Numbered from the stretch's first letter, positions 13,771 through 21,297 are shown. The stretch is DNA of 24,000 bases from an uncultured Desulfobulbia bacterium (GCA_964446115.1 CAYUNE010000043.1:16781-40780), one strand, 5' to 3'. A program made the numbers and translations. The notes: a model not told the origin generated them from the letters alone.

Positions 13771-15450
13771 TCAACCGGTGAGTTCTTCCCGATGAAAATT
13801 TGCCGGCCGGTAGATGGACGATCTGCTCAGGGTCAGAAAAGGCGCTTCAATATATCTGTATGTCGCTGTGGCGACCGGTATACTGAGAACAACCGTGGCG
13901 CAAAAGAGCAGCCATCCCGGTGGATCGACACCGAGAAAATAGCCGTTGATAGCCACAATGACGTTGAGAACAAGGGGATGTAACAGATAGAGGCTGTAAC
14001 TGATGACGCCGATACTCCGGAACAAGGAATGCGAGAAAAAGCGCCCCAGGGCAGAGGTGTCATCGGCAATAAGCGCAAAAAGCAATAATGCGGCCGCAGC
14101 GCCGTAAAGGCCGTAGAACTGCTGGGAAAAAACTCTGCCGTTGCCCATGAGGTAGCCGTTTGAGAGAAAGAGAAAAAGAGCTAAAACAGCGCAGCCGGCC
14201 CCGGTCCAGATCCAGCTGGGCCAACGTCTTGTTGTCCCGGCCGCCGGGTCTTTTTTGATATACCAGCCGAAATAGAGATAGGAGACACAGCAGCCGCTGA
14301 GAAAAACCCCAAGGTAAAAGGGCAGCCGCTGGTGATCCATACCCCGGAGAAAAAAGATGTCCCGACCCAGAAAACAGTCGCTGAGAACAACCAGCCCCAG
14401 CAACAGGGGAAGAATGCGGCCGGGCCGTCCCTTGCCGAGGAGCAGATTGATCAGGACAATTGCCGGAAAAATGAGATAGTAGGCCATTTCCTGGGGCACG
14501 GCCCACAGGTGACCGTTTCCCAGAAGGAAAAAGGCATGAAGGATGGCGTCGCAGAGGTGCAGCGACATCACGTACACCAGAAATATGTAAAAGTAATACA
14601 TGGGCAGGATCCGCAGCAGACGGCGCTTACCATACTCGATCAGAAAACCGCTCTGCCGTATCCTTTCCGGGGAATCCACAAAGGGGCGGGCCAACAGAAA
14701 ACCGCTGAGTACAAAAAAAATCAGCACGCCGCTGGCACCGACACCGCGGAACCGCGCCCAGGTGTGATCGGCAATGATCATCAGAGCCGCAGCCGCCCGC
14801 AGACCGTCCAGGGTCCCGATCATCGGACGGTGGGAAACAGATGGCCGCTCCACACATAACCAGTTCCTTGCCCGCCGCAGGTCAAAATGGAGCAGAAAAC
14901 GGAAGAAAAAGAGCGAAATGAAAAAAACCGGCAGAAGAAAGGGATGGAGATAACTGGGCGTGGAAACCGGTGTCCTGCTGACGATATAGGGGTCTTCCCG
15001 CGTGGAAACCACACCAGTGAAACCGTGGCCGCGAAACATGGTCACCCCGTCATGCCCAGGTGCGAATCGTTCAAAAATTTCTTCCGCGGAAAAAACGATA
15101 TCATCCGCAAATCTGCGCTTGATTACCAGTGAGTATAACCGCACTGTTCCGGGTTTGCCGCCGGTATCGATGCGCAGCCAGGTGACCGGATAATTCCGGT
15201 TTGCAAACAAAAGCGTTGCCTTTTCTCCAGCAGTCAGCTTTTCAATGCTTGATGTCCGGCCGGCATGGAACCGGGGCCGTCCACCAGCGGAAAAAAACAG
15301 CTGCCAGTAATCGGTATGCTCCGCGGCAGCGGTAACTTCCAGCCGATAACTCCCGGAGAGGGCGAGCGCCACCAGGTAGGCGGCGAGGAGAAAAAAACAG
15401 AGGGTGACAAACAGTGCCGCTGGGCGGCTGAGAGTGACGGCGCCTTTCAT
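13771..15450 (-). CDS. Acyltransferase family 3 (AT3, OatA/OafA-like O-acyltransferase) with an extra N-terminal extracytoplasmic domain
   Basis: LDGLRAAAALMIIADHTWARF...GASGVLIFFVLSGFLLARPF is the PF01757 signature including the conserved His, followed by ~9 TM helices. It is preceded by one TM helix and a ~135-aa non-membrane domain. Confidence 0.9.
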   Translation of the reverse strand: MKGAVTLSRPAALFVTLCFFLLAAYLVALALSGSYRLEVTAAAEHTDYWQLFFSAGGRPRFHAGRTSSIEKLTAGEKATLLFANRNYPVTWLRIDTGGKPGTVRLYSLVIKRRFADDIVFSAEEIFERFAPGHDGVTMFRGHGFTGVVSTREDPYIVSRTPVSTPSYLHPFLLPVFFISLFFFRFLLHFDLRRARNWLCVERPSVSHRPMIGTLDGLRAAAALMIIADHTWARFRGVGASGVLIFFVLSGFLLARPFVDSPERIRQSGFLIEYGKRRLLRILPMYYFYIFLVYVMSLHLCDAILHAFFLLGNGHLWAVPQEMAYYLIFPAIVLINLLLGKGRPGRILPLLLGLVVLSDCFLGRDIFFLRGMDHQRLPFYLGVFLSGCCVSYLYFGWYIKKDPAAGTTRRWPSWIWTGAGCAVLALFLFLSNGYLMGNGRVFSQQFYGLYGAAAALLLFALIADDTSALGRFFSHSLFRSIGVISYSLYLLHPLVLNVIVAINGYFLGVDPPGWLLFCATVVLSIPVATATYRYIEAPFLTLSRSSIYRPANFHREELTG

Positions 15451-15529
15451 AGCGTGCAGACCCGATGCATAATCAACGTTCCCATGGCGAAAATCCGTGG
15501 CAGAACGTAACCGATCACAGGCACCGCAT

Positions 15530-16051
15530 TTACATGCCGTCGACAGCGCGGATTTCCGGCCCGTCCTGCAGAAAGCGCTTTTCTATGAAATCGGCGATCT
15601 GGCTGCTCCGATTCCGGTCAAATACCCGGACTTCTCTGTTTCCGGAAATATCGTCGACCTGGGCGATAACCCCCTGTACCCGGTTGAGCAGCCGGGGGCC
15701 GCTGCCGGAGCAGACCTCGATTTTGGCAATATCGCGGGCATCTTTGAACCCCTCGGCAATGACGATATCCATGTCCGGATAAAACCGTTCCGCAAGATCG
15801 ACAAGTTCCAGGGGAGAGGGGTCGGCGAACATGACCACCTGATCAGGGGCGACCAGGGTAACGGCATCGGCCCCGGCCTGCCGGTGGATATGGGTGTCGG
15901 TGTCGGGTTCATCAAATTCCAGGCCCGTTTCTTTGGTGGATTTAATCACCGCCAGCCGGTAACCCCGTCTTTTCAGATGGGCCACCACCTGCGAGGCCAG
16001 AGTGGTCTTGCCCGAATCGTGATAACCGATGAAACTGACAATGGGCGGCAT
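15530..16051 (-). CDS. mobB: Molybdopterin-guanine dinucleotide biosynthesis adaptor protein MobB (P-loop GTPase)
   Basis: From ATG 16049-16051: MPPIVSFIGYHDSGKTTLASQVVAHLKRRGYRLAVIKSTKE...AGADAV...DIVIAEGFK. This matches the MobB layout and length (~174 aa). The track ORF's 73-aa N-terminal extension overlaps trkA and looks spurious. No clear SD. Confidence 0.8.
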   Translation of the reverse strand: MPPIVSFIGYHDSGKTTLASQVVAHLKRRGYRLAVIKSTKETGLEFDEPDTDTHIHRQAGADAVTLVAPDQVVMFADPSPLELVDLAERFYPDMDIVIAEGFKDARDIAKIEVCSGSGPRLLNRVQGVIAQVDDISGNREVRVFDRNRSSQIADFIEKRFLQDGPEIRAVDGM

Positions 16052-16083
16052 GGGGCTGCACGTAGAGGTTGGAATCCGGTACG

Positions 16084-16135
16084 GGGTGCCGTCACCATTG
16101 AACGGCACCCTAAAAATTTGTTGGGATTTATACCA
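16084..16135 (-). promoter_or_regulatory. Candidate extended -10 (TGGTATAAA) plus a perfect 9-bp leader hairpin upstream of mobB
   Basis: On the minus strand, TGGTATAAA is at 16127-16135. Hairpin GGGTGCCGT (16084-16092), 9-nt loop, ACGGCACCC (16102-16110), lies 33-59 nt upstream of the mobB ATG. Confidence 0.3.
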
Positions 16136-16199
16136 GAAATAGTGAGAAATGAAAGTAAAATCAGCAGAGGCCTGACAGCGGCCGCTGCAGGGGTGGAGT

Positions 16200-16850
16200 C
16201 TACGGCCGCAGACGATCCGGGGTGTTGGTGTTGCGCAGGATAATGATTTTATCTCCTTCCTGGAAGACATAATCCGGATCCGGGGTATACTCGTAGGTCT
16301 CCGAATCGATTCTCTTTACGGCAATGACCTGGATGTGATGTCTCCTGGTGAGCTCCAGCTGCCGCAAACTTTTCCCGGACCAGCGGTCGATGGTCAGCTC
16401 CTGGAAGGAAATTTCCGGATCAAAGGTAGCATATTGCAGAAAACCGGGAATCGCCACCTTGGAAGCCAGCTGTACGGCCGCCATCTGTTCGGGGATAATC
16501 ACCTCATCCACCCCCAGGCGATAGAGAAGACGCTGGTGATCGGGACTGGCCGCCTTGACCCAGACCTGGGGTATCTCCATTTCCTTGGCATACATGGCGA
16601 TCATGGAGGAGGCGGCAATGGAATCTCCGACGCTGATCAGCACCAGGGAAACCTCGGCCAGGCCTATCTGCTCCAGGGCCTCCTTGTTGGTGGCATCTGC
16701 CCGATACGCCTGATTGAGACTGTCCCCGGCCAGCTGCACCCGGGACTGTCGGTTATCGATCCCGATCACCGTATGTCCCAGGTCAACGAGGGTGGAGGCA
16801 AAATAGAGGCCGAATTTGCCCAGCCCGATCACCGCTATTTCCTGTTTCAT
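16200..16850 (-). CDS. TrkA-family K+ uptake regulatory subunit (KtrA-like, single RCK N+C)
   Basis: MKQEIAVIGLGKFGLYFASTLVDLGHTVIGIDN has the GxGxxG NAD-binding fold, with a C-terminal TrkA_C-like segment (IDRWSGKSLRQLELTRRHHIQVIAVKR). 216 aa. GGAGGG SD. Confidence 0.9.
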   Translation of the reverse strand: MKQEIAVIGLGKFGLYFASTLVDLGHTVIGIDNRQSRVQLAGDSLNQAYRADATNKEALEQIGLAEVSLVLISVGDSIAASSMIAMYAKEMEIPQVWVKAASPDHQRLLYRLGVDEVIIPEQMAAVQLASKVAIPGFLQYATFDPEISFQELTIDRWSGKSLRQLELTRRHHIQVIAVKRIDSETYEYTPDPDYVFQEGDKIIILRNTNTPDRLRP

Positions 16851-16941
16851 GTCTTACCCTCCGCAAGTGTCGTTTCCCAGGGGATTCTTCTCTCTCCACC
16901 GTTTGCAACCGATCACGGACATCCCCAAATCCCGTCTCTTC

Positions 16942-18309
16942 CTAGCCGATAAGCAGGTCGGAATCAGGCCGTGAAAAGGCCTCGCGCCGCTGCAGGGTGT
17001 GCAGGGCCCCGACGAAGATCAATGGTCCGAGGCGGCCGATAAACATCAGAACAATGATAACATATTTCCCGAAAAGCGAGAGCTGCGGCGTCAGCCCCAT
17101 GGAAATTCCGGCCGTGCCGAAGGCTGATACCACCTCGAAGGCGATTTCCAGAAACCTGCCCCGCGCCTGGGTATGAGCCAGCGCGCCGGTCTCGCTGATA
17201 CTGAGCACGAGAATCGCAGTGACGATAATAAAGACGGAAAAGGCAAAGAGGGAAAGGGCCCGGCGCACCGCCTCACGGCTGGCGGCCATCCGGCCGATCA
17301 CCGCCTGATCCCTGTTCCGCAGCTCCGCCCGCAAAAATGCCGTCAGCACCCGATAGGTCGTCACCTTGATACCGCCCCCGCAGGATCCGGGTGCGGCACC
17401 GATGAACATCAGCATCATCATCAAGAGCAGGGTCACGTTGGTCAGTTCACCGATGGGCACTGTGTTGAAGCCGGCCGTTCTGCAGGTAACGGACTGGAAA
17501 AAACTGGCCAGCAGAGCAGTCTGCAGGGACTGGTCATGGCGGCGAACCACCCATTCGGCACAAAAAATTGCCAGGGCGCCGACCACCACCAGGAAGAAAG
17601 TTGTCCGCAGCACTACACTGGAATACCAGCCCAGCAGGGGACGGGGAGGTTTTCCCCGGGTTTTGATGCGGATGGTCAGCCATCGGCTTACATCGGTCAT
17701 CACAAAAAAACCGATGCCGCCGAGGATAATCAGTCCCATCATCACCAGGTTAAAGGCGACGTCGTCCACCCAGCGGGAAAGGCTATCGCCGTAGAGGGAA
17801 AACCCGGCATTGCAAAATGCCGATATACTGTGAAACAGCGCTGCCGGAAAGCGCATTTCCCCGCCGGTGCAGATAAAGAGCAGCACGGCGCCCACCAGCT
17901 CCAGCCCCAGGGTGTACCCGACGATCTGCAGGAGAAAACGACCCAGATGGAAACGGGCGTCCTGCAGGAGATTCTGTCCCACCGCGATTCTATCGGTAAG
18001 CGAAACCCGCTGCCGGAACAGGTACATGGCAAGCGAGGTAAGGGACATGATGCCCAGGCCGCCGACCTGGATCAGCACCACAATAACCCCCTTGCCAAAG
18101 GGCGAAAAGACCGTACCCGTATCCACCACGGTGAGCCCGGTCACGCAGGTGGCCGAAGCAGCGGTAAAAAGCGCGTCGGTCCAGCTCAGAACCTCGCCGC
18201 CGGCCAGGCAAAGCGGCAACACCAGCAGGCGGCTGCCGATCAGGATGGCCAGACCGAAAAAGAGAATGGGAATCAGCAGGGGCGGGAAGAGGAGTCGGCG
18301 CGGGGTCAT
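16942..18309 (-). CDS. TrkH/KtrB-family K+ transporter membrane subunit
   Basis: Four P-loop-like glycine motifs: SATCVTGL, CNAGFSLY, RTAGFNTV, GTAGISMG. 455 aa polytopic protein. The start ATG (18307-18309) overlaps the Lon-like stop TGA (18306-18308). Confidence 0.9.
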   Translation of the reverse strand: MTPRRLLFPPLLIPILFFGLAILIGSRLLVLPLCLAGGEVLSWTDALFTAASATCVTGLTVVDTGTVFSPFGKGVIVVLIQVGGLGIMSLTSLAMYLFRQRVSLTDRIAVGQNLLQDARFHLGRFLLQIVGYTLGLELVGAVLLFICTGGEMRFPAALFHSISAFCNAGFSLYGDSLSRWVDDVAFNLVMMGLIILGGIGFFVMTDVSRWLTIRIKTRGKPPRPLLGWYSSVVLRTTFFLVVVGALAIFCAEWVVRRHDQSLQTALLASFFQSVTCRTAGFNTVPIGELTNVTLLLMMMLMFIGAAPGSCGGGIKVTTYRVLTAFLRAELRNRDQAVIGRMAASREAVRRALSLFAFSVFIIVTAILVLSISETGALAHTQARGRFLEIAFEVVSAFGTAGISMGLTPQLSLFGKYVIIVLMFIGRLGPLIFVGALHTLQRREAFSRPDSDLLIG

Positions 18310-20759
18310 ACGTCATCGGAGTTTTTCCTGTCTTTGCCGAAATTGCGCAATCCCTCAGCCATCTTTTTCAGCTTCTCGTCGACCAGATAGTTGATGGTTC
18401 CCTGGGGATAGGCTCCGTCCTCTCCGCGCTCGCCGGCCGTCATGCCGGTGAGAATCTCAATTCCCTCGTCAATGGTGCTGACGGCATGAACCTGGAACTT
18501 CTTCTCCGCCACTGCCGCGACCACATCCTTGCGCAGCATCAGATCATCCACATTGGCGCGGGGAATGAGCACACCCTGATCGCCGGTGAGACCGAGGCTT
18601 CGGCAACAGTCATAAAAACCCTCGATCTTGGCGTTGACCCCGCCGATGGGCTGGATCTCCCCCTTCTGATTAACCGAGCCGGTCACCGCGAAATTCTGTT
18701 TGATCCCCACTCCGGACAGGCTGGAGAGAATGGCGTAGATCTCCGCCGACGAGGCGCTGTCACCCTCGACACCGGAATAGGATTGCTCAAAGGCCAGGCT
18801 GGCGCTCATGGTCAGCGGTTTGTCCTGGGCGAATTTTCGGCGCAGGTAGCCGCTGAGGATGAGTACGCCCTTGTTGTGGATGGGACCGGCCAGTTTCACC
18901 TCCCGTTCGATATTGATGATCCCGGCCTTGCCCATGGAGGTCGTGGCGGTGATCCGCGAGGGCCGGCCGAAACTGTAATCACCAATGGTATAGACGGAGA
19001 GACCGTTGATCTGGCCAACCACCGATCCCCGGGTATCTATCATGATGGAACGGCGATCAATCATCTCCTGGATCTTCTCCTCAATGAGATTGGAGCGGTG
19101 AATGCGGGCGCGGATCGCCTTGTCCACATGCTTTTCCCCGATGACCCCGGCATCCTCCCGGGCCGCCCAGTAGTCCGCCTCGCGGATGAGATCGGTAATC
19201 AGCGGAAAACTGGTGGAGAGCTTCTCCTTACGGCCGCTCATGCGCACCACCTGTTCCAGGAGGGCCGCCACTCCGCCCGGATCAAAGGGTCGCAGCTCCT
19301 CCCGCCGGGTGACGGCTCGGATAAACTCGCAAAAGCGGCGGATGGAGTCCCCGGTCCGATTCATCACATGGTCGAAATCGGCACGCACCTTGAAAATCTT
19401 CGGCACATCCTCATCATAATGGAGCAGCAGGCCATAGAGCAGTGAATCAGCCAGAATCACCACCTTGACATCGATCTCGATGGGCTCCGGCTTGATACCG
19501 GTGGCCGTGAACCAGTAGGTGGGATCAAAGGTCTGGATCTCCATTTTCTTGGTGCGCAGCGCCCGCTTGAGCGCCGGCCAGACCCCGGGTTCCATGAGCG
19601 TGTCCGGCAGATTGAGGACAAGATAGCCGCCGTTGGCCTTGAGAAAGGAACCAACCTTGATCTTGGTGAAATCGGTGCGCCAGATGCCGCGGCTGTCTAC
19701 CACCCGCTCGATGGAGCCGAAGAGATTGCGATAGGTGGGATAGGATTCGATGATCACCGGCGGACTCTTCTGCTCGGAGTTGTCCACCAACAGGTTGACC
19801 CTGTACGGCAGAAAGGGATCCCCTCCCTGCTGCAGAAACTTGAGTCCGGCAAGACCGGGGGCGCCTTCGGCGCCGGGAAAGAAAATGCTCAGGTTGTCCG
19901 CCAGATTTTTCTGCACCGCCTCCAGATATTTCCGCACCGTTTCGTTCGGATATCGCACAAGCAGAGGCGCGGCGTATTCGGCGGCGGTTGCGGCAAACAT
20001 GCGCCGATCCACCTCCTGCACCTTCTCCCGCAGTTCCTTTTGCAGGTTGCGAACCTCGAAAAACATCTGTTCGATTTCCTTTTTCAGTTCCTCGAACTTT
20101 GCACGGATCTCCTCATACTCCTTTTCCGGGAAGCGATGCTTCTTAACCATCTCCTCCAGGTTATGGATGGGCATGGGCTCGTCATCGACAATGGGCATGA
20201 GTTCCGGCCGTTCAAATTGCCCCGCCTTGATCGTTACCAGGGCAAATCCCTGCTTCTTGACCTTCTGATTGAGACCCTCGAAAAAATCACGGCTGCGTTT
20301 CTCGTAGGCCTCCATGATCTCCTTTTTGCGGGAGATGAAGTCCTGGCTCTCAAAGAGCTGCGGGATCTCGTTTCTCAAGGTCTCGATGAAATCATGTACA
20401 TCCTGTTGAAAACGGCTGCCCTCTCCGGCCTTGAACCGCAGAAGAATGGGAGCCTCAGGATTCTTGAAGTTATTGACATAACAGAACTCGTCCGGGGGCT
20501 TGTTTTCGTGGGATATCTCTTTGAGCAGCTTCTTCACCACGTCCATCCGTCCGGAACGGGGACGGCCGGTGACCAGGATGTTATAGCCCGGCTTGTTCAT
20601 GCCCATGCCGAACCGAAAAGCCTCCACTCCCCTGTCCTGACCGATGATCTCATCCAGGGGCTCAAGATCGTCGGTGGTGGTAAATGAAAAGGCGGCGGGA
20701 TCCTGCCGCCAGCGTAACTCCTCGGCCTTCAAACCAGGATGTCGGTCTGCATTTGCCAT
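18306..20759 (-). CDS. LonC/YcbZ-type Lon-like protease (AAA_32-like N-domain with helical insertion, plus Lon_C protease domain)
   Basis: I prefer ATG 20757-20759 (GGGGGAG SD 4 nt upstream) over the track's GTG 20780. The C-terminal domain is very similar to E. coli YcbZ as I recall it: GQINGLSV...GRPSRIT...FEQSYSGVEGDSASSAE...TGSVNQKGEIQPIGGVNAKIEGF. Confidence 0.9.
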   Translation of the reverse strand: MANADRHPGLKAEELRWRQDPAAFSFTTTDDLEPLDEIIGQDRGVEAFRFGMGMNKPGYNILVTGRPRSGRMDVVKKLLKEISHENKPPDEFCYVNNFKNPEAPILLRFKAGEGSRFQQDVHDFIETLRNEIPQLFESQDFISRKKEIMEAYEKRSRDFFEGLNQKVKKQGFALVTIKAGQFERPELMPIVDDEPMPIHNLEEMVKKHRFPEKEYEEIRAKFEELKKEIEQMFFEVRNLQKELREKVQEVDRRMFAATAAEYAAPLLVRYPNETVRKYLEAVQKNLADNLSIFFPGAEGAPGLAGLKFLQQGGDPFLPYRVNLLVDNSEQKSPPVIIESYPTYRNLFGSIERVVDSRGIWRTDFTKIKVGSFLKANGGYLVLNLPDTLMEPGVWPALKRALRTKKMEIQTFDPTYWFTATGIKPEPIEIDVKVVILADSLLYGLLLHYDEDVPKIFKVRADFDHVMNRTGDSIRRFCEFIRAVTRREELRPFDPGGVAALLEQVVRMSGRKEKLSTSFPLITDLIREADYWAAREDAGVIGEKHVDKAIRARIHRSNLIEEKIQEMIDRRSIMIDTRGSVVGQINGLSVYTIGDYSFGRPSRITATTSMGKAGIINIEREVKLAGPIHNKGVLILSGYLRRKFAQDKPLTMSASLAFEQSYSGVEGDSASSAEIYAILSSLSGVGIKQNFAVTGSVNQKGEIQPIGGVNAKIEGFYDCCRSLGLTGDQGVLIPRANVDDLMLRKDVVAAVAEKKFQVHAVSTIDEGIEILTGMTAGERGEDGAYPQGTINYLVDEKLKKMAEGLRNFGKDRKNSDDV

Positions 20760-20776
20760 GGCGCTCCCCCTTTTTC

Positions 20777-21169
20777 TCACCGTGTCTGAATATGGATATG
20801 TCGAATCCTGCGTTCTTTCCGTTTCGGCAGGATCACATGGAGGACATCGTTTCTGAAGGTGGCCCGCACCCCGTCGGGATCCACCCGGCAGGGCAGGGAA
20901 AGTCGTGTGGAAAAATTGCCGCTCCGCCCGGTGCCCTTTACCAGCAGCTCATCATCGGAAACCGATATCTCGATATCCTCGGGTCTCATCCCGGATAGCC
21001 TGGCCTGGACAACCAGGGAGTCGTTTTTCTCAAAAATCTCAAACCTGGGCTGCAGGGAAAAGGGCATGACCGGAACCGTGAAATCGGCCCAGAGACGCTC
21101 AAAAAGCCGATCCATTTCCCTGCGCATCTTGGCAAGTTCCCTTTCTTTCCATACAATCAGACTTGGCAT
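20777..21169 (-). CDS. Small heat-shock protein, Hsp20/alpha-crystallin family (short form)
   Basis: GGAGGA SD. PRFEIFEKNDSLVVQARLSGMRPEDIEISVSDDELLVKGT...FSTRLSLPCRVDPDGVRATFRNDVLHVILPK follows the ACD pattern. There is a C-terminal I-H-I (IxI-like) motif. 130 aa. Confidence 0.85.
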   Translation of the reverse strand: MPSLIVWKERELAKMRREMDRLFERLWADFTVPVMPFSLQPRFEIFEKNDSLVVQARLSGMRPEDIEISVSDDELLVKGTGRSGNFSTRLSLPCRVDPDGVRATFRNDVLHVILPKRKERRIRHIHIQTR

Positions 21170-21233
21170 GGCATTTCCTCCTCATAAGGGATACGAACAT
21201 TCAACGGCCCGGCGCATTCCGGCAATTATGGTT

Positions 21234-21286
21234 CTCCCGTCTTCCGGGCCGGACGTCTGCGCAAAGACGGATTTCCCGGACGGGAG
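21234..21286 (-). terminator. Long imperfect hairpin after dctM (terminator-like, no U-tract)
   Basis: The minus strand reads CTCCCGTCCGGG...CGTCT ttgcgc AGACG...CCCGGAAGACGGGAG. The outer stem is 12 bp with a 3-nt bulge, and the inner stem is 5 bp. It starts 12 nt after the dctM stop (21298-21300) and is followed by AACCATAATT rather than a T-run. Confidence 0.4.
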
Positions 21287-21297
21287 CGTCGTCACGC

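Noticed and set aside
16052-16270. 73-aa N-terminal extension of the mobB ORF (track ORF 15530..16270).
   Set aside because: The extension overlaps the 3' end of trkA, is Cys/Arg/Pro-rich, and precedes the canonical MobB N-terminus (MPPIVSFIGYHDSGKTT). The internal ATG at 16051 gives a normal-length MobB.
18306-20780. The Lon-like protease as an anti-phage component (BrxL-like) or as part of a toxin-antitoxin or defence island.
   Set aside because: No BREX/DISARM partners, methyltransferase-helicase genes, nucleases or mobile-element markers are nearby. The neighbours are an sHSP and a K+ transporter, and the domain layout matches housekeeping LonC/YcbZ-type proteins.
21170-21233. Heat-shock control elements upstream of hsp20: sigma32 promoter, sigma54 -24/-12, CIRCE, and an SD-sequestering RNA thermometer.
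   Set aside because: TTGAA and CCCTTAT are only 9 nt apart, too close for a sigma32 promoter. No GG-N10-GC with correct spacing is present. There is no TTAGCACTC-N9-GAGTGCTAA. The only SD-pairing hairpin I can draw (CCUU/GAGG) is 4 bp with a wobble, which is too weak to claim.
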